NCBI RefSeq assembly: GCF_009914755.1
Contig: NC_060925.1
Origin: the human T2T-CHM13v2.0 reference genome, Homo sapiens
Strand: one strand, 5' to 3'
DNA: 64,000 nucleotides
The notes under the pieces are model-generated. The model searched no databases. It worked only from the letters and a program-made list of their open reading frames with translations, and was not told the origin of the DNA. Made by a program: the position numbers and the translations under genes. Numbering within the stretch: the stretch's first letter is position 1; each line of letters starts with the position of its first letter. Below are positions 34,082 to 49,053 of this stretch, piece by piece.

Positions 34082-34859
34082 CATTGAAATATGTGGCCTT
34101 AAATATTTTCAAATATGCTGATATGACTGGGAATCCCTGAAAAGAAATATGACTAACAGATAGGCCTGGGAAGAATATGGTTCCAGAGCATTGCTGTGCC
34201 TCAGTGAGAGGCATTTTAGAACTGGGTTTCCTACACTAAGGAGAATCATGAAGAGAGAAATACAAGTTATTTGAGAGTGGAGGGGAACAGGGAAGAGGCT
34301 TCTAGCAGGCCCAGGAAGAGAGTCAGGAAAGAAGAGAAAACAAGATTTCTAATGGCAGGGCCAAACCAGCTGTGTCATGGGAGTTTGTGCTTGTGACTTA
34401 ACATCTTTGGGTGTAACTTGGCCATGTTATCCTGTCATGCTATTGAGAATTTGCAAAACTGTATTTCTTGGAATATGGTAAAAGAAAAAGGCTATTGCTG
34501 AAAAAAAAAAATGGAGGAGGATCATGACTTAAAGAGAAACTGCCTCCTTTTATTTAACCCTCAGGTAGTACTTGTGGAACAGCAACCAAAAGCAGAGATA
34601 GGAAAGGAGACCTACTGATTTTAGTCCCTCTAGATTCAGTAGCATGTGCAGGAAGAGGTCCTATTGTTCCCTAGGCTGGGAGAAAGGACAAAAACGCTGT
34701 GGAACAAGAAGACAGGGCAAGGAAGAAAAATCCTGCTTGTTCCCATTTTTTCTTTCGAAGGCACAAATACTCTGAAGGGCAGGAGGAAGAGGCAAGAGCT
34801 GAAATTTCTCTTTCTTTCATTCCTTTCTTTCCTCTCTCTATTCTTTCTTTCCTCTCTTT

Positions 34860-35050
34860 AGTTTCCAAAGTAGCTGGGACTACAAGTGCACACCACCAAG
34901 CCCAGCAATTTTTTTTTTTTTTTTTTTTTTTTGTACAGATAAGATCTCCCTCCATTGCCCAGGATGGTCTCAATCTCCTGGGCTCAAGTGATCCTCCCAC
35001 ATCAGACTCCAAAAGTACTGGGATTACAGCCATGAGCCACCATGCCTGAC
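34860..35050 (-). mobile_element. Partial AluJ
   Basis: agtagctgggactacaag...T-linker...ctcctgggctcaagtgatcctcccac. Confidence 0.85.
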
Positions 35051-35817
35051 CCTGAAATTTCTTTATTAGTAAAGAAATAACTTTGTTCAGGTTGAGAATT
35101 TTACTTGCAACTTGGTGCTTTCTTAGTAAAGGAGCAATCTTTGGACCATCGAATGCACCACAACACATATTTATTGTCACTCTTGCATGTGCTAGGTGCT
35201 GAGGATACAACAGAGAATATCAGGGGCCCCATCTTCTTAAAAATCTACAGTCTAATGGGGATTCTCTGCTTGAAGAAAGTTGCCAAGTGAAGCTTCCTGG
35301 TTTCGTCTCTCTTGGAGTGCTCTACAATGGAACAGGCTCTTGAGACCTCTTTCTCCAAGGAACTCTGATCTGGCTGCTGGGCTTGCTGCATTCCAATCCC
35401 AGGGGAAATAGTTAATGATATACATAGTTTGTCAGTCAAGGCTATTTTTCTTTTTGGTAATGCCACTGATCGGTGCAATGCTGTTGGCTGATAGTGTCCA
35501 GAAGCAAGTTATAAATCAACTCAAATGGGGTTGTGGCCTGACCTTGTGAAAATGGTTCTTCTTCTATCCAGTGACCTTTTGATTGCTTTGTAATTATCAT
35601 TATTATTCTTATCATTTTTTATAAGTGGAAAGGAAATCCCTCAACACTACACAGGTAACTTTATCTTATTGAGTGATTCATGCTTTGAGAGAAACTTAAA
35701 TTCACAGAAGCTAAAATAAGGAATCTGAAGGATTACCAAAGAAGTCCCTGGGTGTGAGAGTGAGTATGACAAAAGCTTGCTCTCCCTGGGCTTTTCTTGT
35801 GTTTATTTTATTTTTAT

Positions 35818-35822
<5 letters not shown>

Positions 35823-35853
<31 letters not shown>

Positions 35854-36136
35854 TGAGACAGAGTTTCACTCTTGTTGCCCAGGTTGGAGAGCAATGGTGC
35901 AATCTTGGCTCACCACAAACTCCGCCTCCCGGGTTCCAGTGATTCTCCTGCCTCAGCCTCCTGAGTAGCTGGAATTACAGGCATGCACCACCACGCCAGG
36001 TTAATTTTGTATTTTTAGTAGAGATGGGGTTTCTCCATGTTGGTCAGGCTGGTCTCGAACTCCTGACTTCAGGTGACCCACCCGCCTCAGCCTCCTAAAA
36101 TGCTAGGATTACAGTCGTGAGCCACCACGCCCGGCC
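35823..36136 (-). mobile_element. AluSp-like
   Basis: Full dimer with a long poly-T; flanking repeat tgtgtttatttt. Confidence 0.95.
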
Positions 36137-36719
36137 CCTCCTGTGTTTATTTTCTTGGAGTCTCCAGAACTCTGAATTAGGCCAAGGAGCAGTTATCTTT
36201 TCACTTTCAAGATGGCTATGTTCTCTATAGCACCCTGAGGGCACCATCCTTTTTCCATCATGAGCTCACCAACGTCTTTCCAGACCCAGCTTAACTACAG
36301 ACCCCATGAAGCCTCCCCACACCTTCTGTCACAACCAGTCATTGCCATACCAACTGTTCACACCATTACAATGCCATTTGTAGTCCTGAATTGGAGTTGT
36401 TTATGCACAAAGCTTTCTGACTAAACTGTGAGTGCTTCCAGAAAAAGAGCCTTGTCTCATTCCCTTTTGAGAAATTTCCCTCCTCTGCCCTATGGAATAT
36501 AACAGAAGTTTGATCTATTTTGTGGAATAAATAAATGAATGAATAGTATTTTACTTAGATGATAGTACTTTACAACTTTATTTACTATAACGATAAACAT
36601 TTGGATGGTATTTTAAGAGCTAACAGAGTATAGTCAGGTACATTATTATGTTTAGTTCTTGAAATCTTACAGGGTAAAGCCAGTGTAATTAGCACCCCTT
36701 TTTTTTATACATGCCAACA

Positions 36720-36870
36720 TTTAGATGAACAAGTTCTGGAAATGGATAATGGGGATGTAACAGTTGCACAATATTTTGAATTGCTTAATGCCACTGAATT
36801 GTACATTTAAAATTGATTAAATGACAAGTTTCAGGTTATGTATATTTTACCACAAAATAAATAAATAAAA
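36720..36870 (+). mobile_element. L1MB 3' end fragment
   Basis: aagttctggaaatggataatgg...cttaatgccactgaattgtacatttaaaa. Confidence 0.75.
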
Positions 36871-38844
36871 AGGCCAAGAGAATCCAGTCTTTATCTCTAA
36901 GAAGCAGGAAGTGAGGGCCTGATTAAAAGTGAGGGTGGGAAAGAAAATGCAAGAGAATGGCAGCCTTAGAGGCAAGCTGACTAGGAGGAGGCTGTTGGAA
37001 CAAGAGAAGACTGTTCTTCAGCCATGACAGAGAGACAGGGGTGAGAAGAAGGAAGTCATGGGCCAGTTGATTGGGAGAAAGGAACAGGGCCTTATTAGAG
37101 AAAAGAGTGTGGGAGTAAAGAGGGGTTTTAAATTAGAGATTGATGAGAAAATCATGACCTTTAAGGATAATTTGTTTATTTTAAAATTTTCTCTGACATT
37201 AATTTTATCTTGCCCAACCTATTGTTGTGCCTGACCTCCTAGTAGTTTGCTAATACATTTTAAAGAGGGGATTTGTAATTACTTTATAATTCCCCATTAG
37301 TTAAAAGTGGGAATTTACAATTCCTTCCATCCAGATATCTCATATGGTAACTAAATTTAGTACTTTGGTCCCTGTTTCTTTATAGTACCCTAACTAATTG
37401 TATTTGGCTTTTGTCAATGAATTCATAATTATAAAGATCCAAAAACGTGTCACCTAAAATATGTTTTGACTGCTTCTCTCCTGTGCTTTCTTTCCCATCT
37501 TCACTTTTAATCAGGCCATCATATCCTGTTTTTAATGATAAGGGCTAAATTCCCATTGTCTTTTGAGCAACACCAATGAATAGAAATACAGTTTGTATAT
37601 GATTCGGGATACTTGCTTATGCTGCTTTCTCCGTCTTTTAGCATTCCCATTAAGGGACTGATATAGATAAATGTAGACCCATATTTCACAAAGCATATTA
37701 TGCAGAATGGTAATGACTATTTCTTGAAATTGTTGTTTTGTCATCATATAAGTTGTGAAATAGTTAAAACAGATTTCTTTGTGCAACATTCAAACTTAAG
37801 TTCCATCACGTCAAGAATTTTGTCTATCTTGTTTTCTACTGTGTCTCCAAGGCCCAGAATAGTGCCTTACACTTAGGAGGCACTGAATAAATATTTGTTG
37901 AGTGAATGAAACTTTTAAGAGCCTTTAATAGTCTCATGTTCCTTAAGAATTTCCAAGGGAAAAAAAAATCCTGTACAGAGCTTCCTAAACAGTTTTGACT
38001 ATGGAACTCCTTTTTTGTGTTTTTTTTCCCACCCAAAACATTTAGCAAAACTGATGTTCCTTGGCACACATTGAGGGGGAAATGCTGTTTAAAGACTTCC
38101 TAAATAGTTTGAGCTTCTTGTTTAATTCTTATAAAATACTGTGAGGAAAAGAAAATTAAAAATTACATGAGACATTAGCAGTGTTTGTCTTTCTGTCCAA
38201 ATAAAATGACATGTGTAAAACTCTTTGACATGTGTGAAATATCACTTATAACCCATATGATTTAGCTTAATAGTTTAAAATTAGTGCTTAGAAATGTAGA
38301 GATCTGAATAAATAGATATTAGCCAGGGGACACACTACATTCTAGCACATTATCGATTCTCCAAAAGCAGCTAGTTAGCAGAGCCAGTGATAAGCACTGT
38401 TTAGGGAACCTAATATGCTATGCATTCTACCCACTAACCTTTCACATTTTCTATGGTATTCCTCCCTCCTCTTTTTAACAACTTTATTGATATATAATTC
38501 AAATACCATAAAATTCACTCATTTAAAGTATATAGTTCAGTAGTTTTCAGAATGGTATAACCATCACCAAAATTTCAATTTGGAACATTTTCATCCCACC
38601 AAGCAGAAACTCCATACCCATTGGCAATCACTCCCCTTCCCTGCAGCCCCTGGAAATCACTAATGTACTTTCTGTCACTGTGGATTTGCCTATTCTGGAC
38701 ATTTTAGATAAATGGCATCATATACTATATGGCCTTTTATGGTTGGTTTCTTTCACTTAGCATGTATTCAGGTTCATCCTTGAATTACAACACTTATCAA
38801 ACTTTTTTATGGATGAATTATATTACATTTTATGAACATACCTC

Positions 38845-39177
38845 TGTCAAAAGGAAAAATCTTAAACTAATTAAATTCAACAGCATTTATTTGAGCAATT
38901 ATAACCAAAACAGAACAAAGCAAAACAAAACAGAAACAATTCGAGAATATGGCAGTCCTCTGGTAGAGCAGACTCAGAGAACTCCAACCAGTAATATGAT
39001 CTGACAGCATGTATAGGAAACAGAAATGTGGTACATACACACTTTAATTGGTTATGGAGTCTTCTGCAATTAACTAAAGCTCAGCTACTGTACTTAAACT
39101 CATATTGGTTTGTTCTCTTAGGCTTAGTGTGGGAGTTCAGTTCAAGTCCACGGCCTCCTACAAAATTATATTTAACA
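38845..39177 (-). mobile_element. ERV1 solo LTR (MER57/MER93-like)
   Basis: tgtcaaaaggaaaaatctt...ttaaca TG..CA termini interrupting the L1 3'UTR. Confidence 0.65.
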
Positions 39178-39214
39178 CCATGTTTGTTTATTTATTCATC
39201 AGTTGATGGACACT

Positions 39215-40137
39215 TGAGAGAGAGAGGTGGCAGGGTTTTGGAAGAGGCATATCTGACAGTTTGACATTTTCAGTCACCTTCTGGGATCCTGGACAAGCCC
39301 CCAGTTGAAATGGGAAAAGTTCCCTTATCCGCCTCACAGGGTGTGCAACAGGGGGAGTGGCTCACTTCTTTGGTTCCTCACTGCTCAAACCCCTAAGGGG
39401 AGGATGCAGACAGGTGGGTTGTGGGGCTCCAACCCAACAGCAGTGTCTAGGGGTGAATATTTAAAGCTGAAGCTCCAGAGGGCATGTGTTACAGTGTGCT
39501 CTTTTAGTTTTGCCATCTATAGGTGGCTTGTGTTATCAGCTCAATTAGACCATATACCCTATCACAAGGACAGAGGGCTTTCTGTATCGGGGTTCTTGCC
39601 TTGGTGTACTGGAAGAATTGGGTTACATGTGGGTTTGGAGAATGAGTGCAAGGTTTTTTATTGAGTGGTGATAGCTCTCAGCAAGCTGGATGGGGAAGTC
39701 AGAAGGGGGATGGCATGGGAAGGTGGTGATTTTCCCCTAGACTTGGGCCACCCAGCAGCCAGGCTGTCCTCCAACCACCCCGCCAAACTCCACATCATTC
39801 CACTGGTCAATGGCCTGCCAATGTCTGCCAGTGCCTGTTGGTGTGCTCTTCCGCCAGTGTGTTCCTCTCAAGGTCCAGCTCCATGTGTGCACTTCTGCTG
39901 GTGCATTCCTCTTGATGTCCAGCTGCTTGTGCCTGTGCTTGCCTGTGTCTCAGAGTTTTTATAGGCACAGGATGGGGGGTATGGCGGGCCAGGGTGGTCT
40001 TGGAAAATGCAACACTTGGGCATAAAAACAGGAGTGCCTGTCCTCACCTAGGTCCATGGGCACAGGCCCGAGTGCGGAGCCCTCACCAGGGACCCGCCCT
40101 TCTCTACCCACCACTTCCCTGCCCCACTTCCATATCA
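39215..40137 (-). mobile_element. ERV1 5' LTR (MER61/LTR1/MER52 group, 39306-40137) plus PBS-Pro and a short leader
   Basis: Minus strand reads TGATATGGAAG...CCCATTTCA, then TGGGGGCTTGTCCAGGAT. Confidence 0.85.
39286..39303 (-). promoter_or_regulatory. Retroviral primer-binding site for tRNA-Pro
   Basis: TGGGGGCTTGTCCAGGAT versus canonical TGGGGGCTCGTCCGGGAT (two CpG-type changes), 2 nt from the LTR end. Confidence 0.9.
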
Positions 40138-43100
40138 ATAGGGATTGCAATGAATCTATAGATCAATATGGGAGTATTGCTGTCCTAACGATATCAACTA
40201 TTCCAATGCGTGAATATAGGATGTCTTTCCATTTATCTAAATCTTTAATTTTTTAAATAATATTTTATAGTTTTTAAAGTATAAGGCTTGTACTTCTTTT
40301 GTTAAATGTATTCCTAAGTATTTTATTCTTTTAGATGCTAGTATAAATAAAATTGTTTTCTTAATTTCATTTTTAGATTGCTGATTACTAATATAAAGAA
40401 ATGCATATGATTTTCATATATTGATATTATATTCTGCAACCTTGCTGAACTCATTTATTCTGTTAGGCTTCTAATAGGCTATTCTAATAGGATTTCTAGT
40501 TCTAATGTATTGTTTAGGATTCTCTATGTACAAGATCATGGCATCTTTCAGTAGAGATAGTTGTATTTCTTTTCAAATCTGATTGCTTTTAATTTACTTT
40601 TTTGGCTTAAATGCCCTGGTTAGGTCTCTAACATAATGTTGCATAGAATTGGTGAGAAAGCCTTTTATCTGATCTTAGGGGGAATGTCTTTAACATTAAG
40701 TATGAATTTAACTGTGGGATTTTAGTAGATGCCTTTTATCAAGTTGAGGAACTTTCCTTCCACTCCTAATATGTTGAGTGCTTTTATATTAAAAGAGTGC
40801 TGGATTTTCTCAAATGTTTTTCTGTCTCAGTTGAAATAATCACCTGGGTTTTTGTTCTTTATTAATGTGTATTACATGTGTTGACTTTCATATGTTGAAA
40901 TGACTGCATTTCTGGGATAAATCCCTGTTGGTCATGTTGTATAATCCTTCTTACATGTCACTAGATTCATTTTTGCTAGTAATTTGTGAAGATTTTTACA
41001 TTTACATTCATAAGGCATATTGGCCTATAGTTTTAAGATGCCTTTGTCTGATTATGTAATGGTAGTACTAGCTTTATAGAATAAATTGAGAAGCGTTTCC
41101 TTGCCTTCACTTTTTTGATAGTGTTATTTTTTAGAATAGTTTGTGAAGGATTGGTAGTAATTTTTTTTATGTTTGGTAGAATTCACCAGTGAAACCTGAA
41201 CTTGGTCTTTTATTAAAAGTTTTAAAATTACTAATTCAACCTATTTATTTGTTATAGGCATATTCAGATTTTCTATTTCTGCTTGAGTCTATTTTGGCAG
41301 TTTGTGTCCTTCTAGGAGTTTGTCCATTTTACCTAAGTTATAAAACGTGTTGTTATACAGTTTTTTATAGTTTCCCCTTTCAATCCTTCTATAAGTTTCA
41401 CTAGTGAGTTTTCTCACCTCTTTATTCCTCAGAGTAGTTCAGTCACTTAAATCGTCTTTCTTTTTTTCTTGGTCAGTGTAGCTAAAAGTTTGCTAATTTT
41501 GTTTATTTTTTTTCAAATAACCAACTTTTGGCTTCTTTGATTGTCTGTGCTGTTTTTCTATTCTTTATCTTGTCTCTTTCTCCTCTGATATTTATTATTC
41601 CTTAATTCTGCCTCTTTGAAGTTTAGTTTTTTTCTTCTTTTCCTAGTTTCTTAAAGTGGAAAACCTGATTATTGACTTAAGATTTTTCTTCTTTTTAAAT
41701 ATAGGCATTTACAGCTATATATCTCCCTGTAAAAACTGCTACAACCATTTTCTGTAAGTTCAGTGTGTTGCGTTTTCATTTTCATTCATCTTAATGCATT
41801 TTCTAATTTCCCTTAGGATTTCTTCAACACATTGATTATTTGAGTATATTTAATTTCTGTATATCTGTGGATTTCCTAAATTTTCTTCTAATTATTGATC
41901 TCTAATGTAATTTTAGATCAGAGAAAGTAATTTGTATGATTTCAATACACTGAAATTTACTAAAGCTTGTTTTATGGCCTGTCTAATATGCGCTCTATCA
42001 TGGCAAAGTTTTATGTGGTTTTGAGAAAAATGTATATTTAACCCTTTACTTTGTTGAGGTGAAATATTTTATAGATGTCAGCTAGGCCTAGTTGATTGCA
42101 GTTTAAGTCTTCCAATTCTTTCTTGACCTTTTGGGATTGAAAAGTCCGCAACTATTATTGTTTAATTTTCTATTTTTCCCTTCAACTCTACGAATTTTTG
42201 CTTATTTCATTTTGGGACTCTGTTTTCAGGTACATACATATTTATAATTAATATGTATTTCTGGTGGATTAACCATTTCATTTATTTTTTTAAATGTCCT
42301 TCATTTTATTTAGTAATAGTTTTTATTTTAAAAATCTTATTTGTCTGATACTAGTATAGCCATCCCAGCTATCTTTTGGTTACTGTTTTTTGGTATATCA
42401 TTTCTATCTTTTTACTTTCAACCTAATCATATCTTTGAATCCAAAGCATGTTTTTTAGACAGCCTATAATTAGATGTTTTCTTATATATTTTGCCAACTT
42501 ATACTTTTGATTGGAGTGTTTACATTTACTGTCACTACTGGTAAGTAGTATTTATGTCTGCTATTTTGCTGTTTATTTTTCATATGTTATGTCTTTTTGT
42601 TCCTCTGTTTCTCTGTTACTACCTTCTTTTGTGTTAAATACATATTTTCTATTGTACCTTTTGATTCTTTTATTGTTTCTGTTACTATGTGTTTAAAGTT
42701 ACTTTAATAGTGGTTGCCCTGGGGACTAAAATTACCATTTTCACTTAAAAAATCTAGTTCAAATTAATACTAACTTTATTTTGACAGTATACAAAATCTT
42801 TGCTCCAAAATACCTGTTCCCTCCACCTCTTCTTTGTGCTATTATTTGCATGCAAATTATATATTTATACTTTACAAATATATCAACTCAATTTTATGTG
42901 TACTGCTTATGGAGTTGCCTTTTAAGTCAGAAGAAAGGAATTAGAAACAAAAATGTTTTATATTTAATCTATGTACTTACCTTTTCCAGTGCCCTTTGTT
43001 TCTTCATGTAAAACTTTAGTTATCATCTAATGTCCTTGCATTTTAGCCTATAGCACCTCCTTTAGTATGTCTTTGGACAGCTCTGCTATTAACAGTTATC

Positions 43101-44211
43101 TCAGGGTTTTGTGTTGATTGTTGTTATTTTTTAAATCTGGGAATGTCATTTCCCCTCATTTGTGAAGAATAGTTTTTCTGGATATAGAATTCTTGTTTGT
43201 TAGTTTTTTTTCCTTCAGCATTTTGAATATGTTACCCACTGCCTTATGACTTCCTTCATTTCTGATAAGAAGCCTTTGTATGTGATGAGTGACTTCTCTT
43301 GCTGCTTTCAAGATTCTCTCTTGGTCTTTGTCCTTTTAGAGTTTGATTATGATGTATCTTGGTGTGGATCTCTTTCAGTTTATCTTACTTACAGTTCACT
43401 GAGATTCTTGGATATGTAAATTGATGCTTTCATCAAATATGGGAAGTTTTGGCCATTATTTCTTCAAGTATCCTTTCTACTGTTTTCTCTTTTCTCTTCT
43501 GGAACTCTCATTTTGTCTATGTTCATATACTTAATTGTATCCACAGGTCCCTGAGATGTTATTAGTTTTTCTTCATTCTTTTTTCTTTCTGTTGCTAGAA
43601 CAGGATAATTTCGACTAATCTGTCTTCAAGTTCACCAGTTCTTCTGCAAGCTCAGATCTGCTTTTAAGCTCCTCTAGTGAATTTTTAAATTTCAATTATT
43701 ACACTTTTCAACTCCAAAATGTCTACTGGGCTTTTAAAAGTGATTTCTATCTCCTTATTGATATTCTCTAATTGATGAGACATTATTATCATAATTTCTT
43801 TTAACTTTCTAGTTATTTGAACATATTTATAATCGATAATTTAAAGTCTTTGTCTTTAAATTATCAGTTACCCCTTGGGGACCAGTATCAGTTACCCCTT
43901 AAGGACATTTAACTCTTAGCTACCTTTTTCTTATGTATGTGTCATATTTTCATTATTCTCTTTATGTCTTATAATTTTTGCTGAATCTGGATATTTTAGT
44001 TAATATAGTGTAACAACCATACTATCAGATCATCCATCACCACCCCCAAAGTTTGTTGTTGTTGCTATTTTCTTTCTTTTCTTTTTTCTTTTTTTGTTAT
44101 TGTTGTTTTCACTGCTTGTTAGGCAAGCAGCAAAGAGGAAACTAATTCTGAACTAATTCGACAGTATCTGTGGTTACTGAGTTATCTTCTAGGTTTTGTT
44201 TTAAGTTATTG

Positions 44212-44646
44212 TGTGACCAAAACACTGGGGGTTTGGTCTATGTCCTGCATCTCACCACACAGAAAGCCAACCACCACAACAACAAATATCACCAAGGAAG
44301 AAGGATTTAATCAGGTGCTGCAGCTGAGATGTGAGCTCAGTCTCAAATCTGTCTCCCTAACTGACTAAAAAAAAGGGTTTATATAGCATGGAAGAAATGT
44401 AACAATGTGTAAAAAAACAGAAACTAGGGAGGGGAAAGGAAGCAATCATGATGAATGAGGGGTCCTGCATCTGGTGCAGTGACCTGGTGAGTTTCAGTTC
44501 TTTCATACTTTTTTAAAGGCCTGAAGGCATTTTCCTGAGAAAGGAACTCAGATAAAACAAATTTAAATTTCAAGCTTTAAGACCAGAAGGGTCAATTTCT
44601 ATGTTTATCAAAAAGAACAGTCTATGAGACTATAGGGTTGGTTTCA
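44212..44646 (-). mobile_element. ERV1 MER4-group solo LTR (family uncertain)
   Basis: tgtgaccaaaacactgggggtttggtc...gggttggtttca; TG..CA termini, near-TSD attg/tttg. Confidence 0.75.
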
Positions 44647-44920
44647 TTTGTTTTAATTTTAAGCCTATATGCCCTAGGGATTATCCTTGGGACAGTATAC
44701 TTTATTAGCCAGCCAATGATCTGCCGAAGGTTTCTTTAAATGCTTTGCTTATATGTTTTCCACCCTTTGCCAAAGGGCTCTGTATATGAAGGCATTCCTT
44801 CAAACTTCAGGCAATTTGCAAAACAGCCTTAGATTTTACCTCCTGCTTGTGGAGGACCTCAATGTCAGCTGGGCATGAAAGGGAGTGACTGGAGCCTTCT
44901 CCTTTCTCAGGTGCAACCAT

Positions 44921-44980
44921 GCACACAGACACAAAGACACAGACACACAGACATACACACACACACACATACACACACAC
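44921..44980 (+). repeat. (CA)n / CAGA compound microsatellite
   Basis: Directly visible. Confidence 0.9.
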
Positions 44981-45318
44981 TGTTTTCTAGTTCTTCAGAA
45001 ATATGTCAGAGTTCTTTGAAGCTCCCTATGTTTGTGTAGATCTCCAGGATGTTCCTTCAAATTTTTGGCCATGCTGTTGTTTTTCTCTACTGAAATCACA
45101 GATTTAGCACAGCAGTGGTGGTGTTACCAGAGAATTACTATTGTTTTAGGCAACACCTTGGGAATAGAGCCTTTTTGTTGTTGTTATTGAGCTAAGCTCT
45201 GAGTCAAATCAAATAACACCAGTGCCCTGGGAATAGAAATTTTCCCAGTAGCTGCTAATTCAGATAAAATATTTATTTTATTCTATTAATGGGACTTTTA
45301 ATTGAGTTCCAGAAGTAG

Positions 45319-45730
<412 letters not shown>

Positions 45731-47259
45731 TAGACTTCTAACTAAATTACCTGTTAATTACAGGTAGTTTCTCTTGAATTGACAATTTTCAGTTTTTTCT
45801 GTAGTTTGGTTATTTTCTAGAGTTCTGAAATAGAGGATTTTAGTTGTTTTGCATGTATTTTCTATGTTTTTGTAAGATTATAGGTCCATTGAAGGCCTTG
45901 TTCTTCCATATCAGAACACTTCTGTCTTTTGAATTTTGCTTTTTGCCATGGTAGTACTCTTGTGATTGAGTGATATGTGGGGTCATTAAACTAGGTTATT
46001 ATCTCTGACCTTTATCAAGAGCAGCCTGACCAATTAATATTTTAGAGTTTCTTCTCAAATTATTTTTTGTCCCATGATATGAAAATAATACTCCTTCCCT
46101 ACTAAGGAGGAAGAAGGAGGATATGATGTAATGGAAGTCTATGCTGAGAAAGAAGAAATAGAACAGTTGCCCCTTCTATCCTAATATATTATAGGAAATA
46201 AAAGAGAGTTGACTAAATGCTATGGAGAGATTTTTTATGTCTTTATTTCCCCGACTCAAGATGAACCCCAACGGGAAGGGACCAAGTGAAAACACCCAGA
46301 TGCCAAGTCTGTAGATCCTGAGGGAGGGTGCTCAGAAAGATGATCCTAAAGCATCTTTACTTATTTCCCTAAGTTGTGTATGGTACTCAACCATGTGAGT
46401 AGATACTGAGGTATTGATAGGAGCAGGAGACTTGCTAAGACCTAGAGTCTGAATAAAGTGGTTGTCATATGTAAACCATCAGGCAAATGCCCTGACTTTA
46501 GATTACAGTCATGGCCACTTGCATGTCCTCTAAAAGGCCAAATGAAACCAGCTGCACCTTGATCGTCAATAGTCCAGGGAACATATTTGACTGGCTGCCC
46601 TGTAGAAGAGCCCAGAGGAGACTAATGAGATTCCAGAGAATGCTACATGATTTCCATTCATTTGTCTTCTCTGTTGACATGAGATTAGACTTGAAAAAGA
46701 GCAAGGGTCGTAGTCAAGAGGAGAAATGGGGAGAGGAAATCCGAAATTCCGAGAATTTACCCAAAAGAGACGGAGTCATTCAAAATATACTATTCAAACT
46801 GAAAACTTGTGATGCAGGAAGTAGGAAGCTAACAGTCTCTGCCCTTCCCATCCAAGGAGGTGTGGAGGAATTTTAAGAAAGATTAGACATACCATAGAAA
46901 ATAAAGAAAGCAGCTAATTTTCTTTGTAGATCTAAGTGCAATGTGAGTCAATTTGTGACTGAGAGGCATTCTCTTCTCTTTTTCCTAGTCAGATGGAAAT
47001 AAACTACTCTCCCTTCTAGTTGAGCATGGGTTTATGCTCTCTCCAGCTATTCTCTTGTGCACTTCCGTCATTCCCCTTTTCCTCTCTTGTACACCCAGCA
47101 GACACACCGGGGCCACAACTCCACCTGGTAGAAGCAAATTTCTGTTTGTTCTCACCACTGGGAATTTCCACGCAAAGCTTTATGATCAAGTTTTATTAAG
47201 ATAGGCCTTCCATGAGGACTTCAACGCTTCTGTTTCCACCACCTTGATTACCCCCCACC

Positions 47260-47920
47260 TATTTCCTTTCTCCACCTGAGTGACTTCTACCTGTCCTTAA
47301 TGAATCAACTTGAACTTGTCTTTTATTCCTCTGAGACAGAGGCCAGTCCTATGGGCTCTCAAGGCCCCTTACCCATGTCTGGCTTCCTCCCTCTAGCCAT
47401 ATTGCATGTGTTCACACACTTCTGTTTCCCTCACTGGACTGTGAGCTCCTAGATGCCTATTCCGTGTTTCATTTGCTTTTTCTCAGCACCTAATTAATAT
47501 CTGGCAAACAGAAGATACTTATTTTGGTACTTGGTGTTTAAAACTTTTGTTCTGTCTCATATTTTACAACTTTGTCTGTATTTTTTATTCATTCAGAAAC
47601 ATATTGAGTACCTACTATAGGTCTGACATAAAATAAAACTCAATCCTTTAAGTTGAGGAGATTATAATTCTATAAAGCAGATAAATACACCTAATGGAAA
47701 TACAATGTGTTTAGTACTTTGAGAAAAAATTATTGTGGAAGTAGAACAGACAAAGTCCTAACTTTTATGAAGGATCAAGTCAGCTTCATAGAGAGGATAC
47801 ATTTTATTTGAATCTCCAAAAATGAGCCATGTTCTACAAGAAAAGTATGGGTGGTGTGGGGAATCATTGAACAGTATATGAAAAGCAAGGAAACAGAATT
47901 CACGTTTATATGTTTAAGAA
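47260..47920. mobile_element. L2 fragments (plus strand then minus strand)
   Basis: cactggactgtgagctcct...; attcattcagaaacatattgagtacctacta. Confidence 0.6.
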
Positions 47921-48763
47921 TTATTCAATCCAAGAGTTGAAAGGATAAGTATAGATTGACTCAACACTTTAGCTGTATGTACTAGCTGGAACCTAGGAGA
48001 GTTTGAGTTACAACCTCATGTCCTAGGCCTAAGCTTTCATTGCCAACTTAATATCTAGGTAAAACTACAGACTTAATTATTATTTTTAGACTGCCAGTGT
48101 CTTTCATTTACTCATGCCATCATAGAGTAGAAAAGGATTTTCCATTGTCATCTCTTCCGGTTTCCCTGATAATGTGGAATCTTTCCTAGAATATCCATGT
48201 AAGGAGGTCATCCTGTAGTCTGGCCCATGTTCTTGCAGTGGTTCCTTTCAAGTAAAATGCTGAAGGAGGACATTTACTGCTTGGTCCCAAAAGCCTTCTA
48301 CAATCATAAACAGTGGTGTTGAAACAAATGAAGATTGTGTCTGAAGCATATCTGGATTTCCTAACACTGCTTTGGTTTGAGGAAGTGAGTAACAGGAGAG
48401 AGGGGAGAGAAGGAAATAGTTATTTTTGTGTGTGTGAAACTCTTGAATATTCAGGTGCATGACATCAGAACAATGTCCTGCTTCTCTATTTCTCTCTCTC
48501 TCTCCACCTCTGTGTGCATGTGCATGTATGTGTGTGTCTGTCTATCTATTTGCATAAACTATATTCTACTGTTTCTCTTTCACTGGTTAAGTAAATTTCT
48601 GCCTCTTCTGTGCTTTGATGTAACTGTCATTCACTCATTCATTAATTACTAATTCAATAAATATTCACTGAGCACCTCTAATGAAATCTTAACTATAAAA
48701 GTAAAGAATAGACTATAGCAACACAGAGTATAGACATCAAAAAATATTATCTAAATATATATA

Positions 48764-49053
<290 letters not shown>

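Noticed and set aside
37460-37600. Polypyrimidine tract plus CAG resembling a 3' splice site
   Set aside because: All three frames close quickly and there is no convincing donor.
46511-46876. 121-aa ATG-initiated ORF in a good Kozak context in apparently unique DNA
   Set aside because: No recognisable domain or homology, no promoter or splice support, and the length is compatible with chance in 64 kb.
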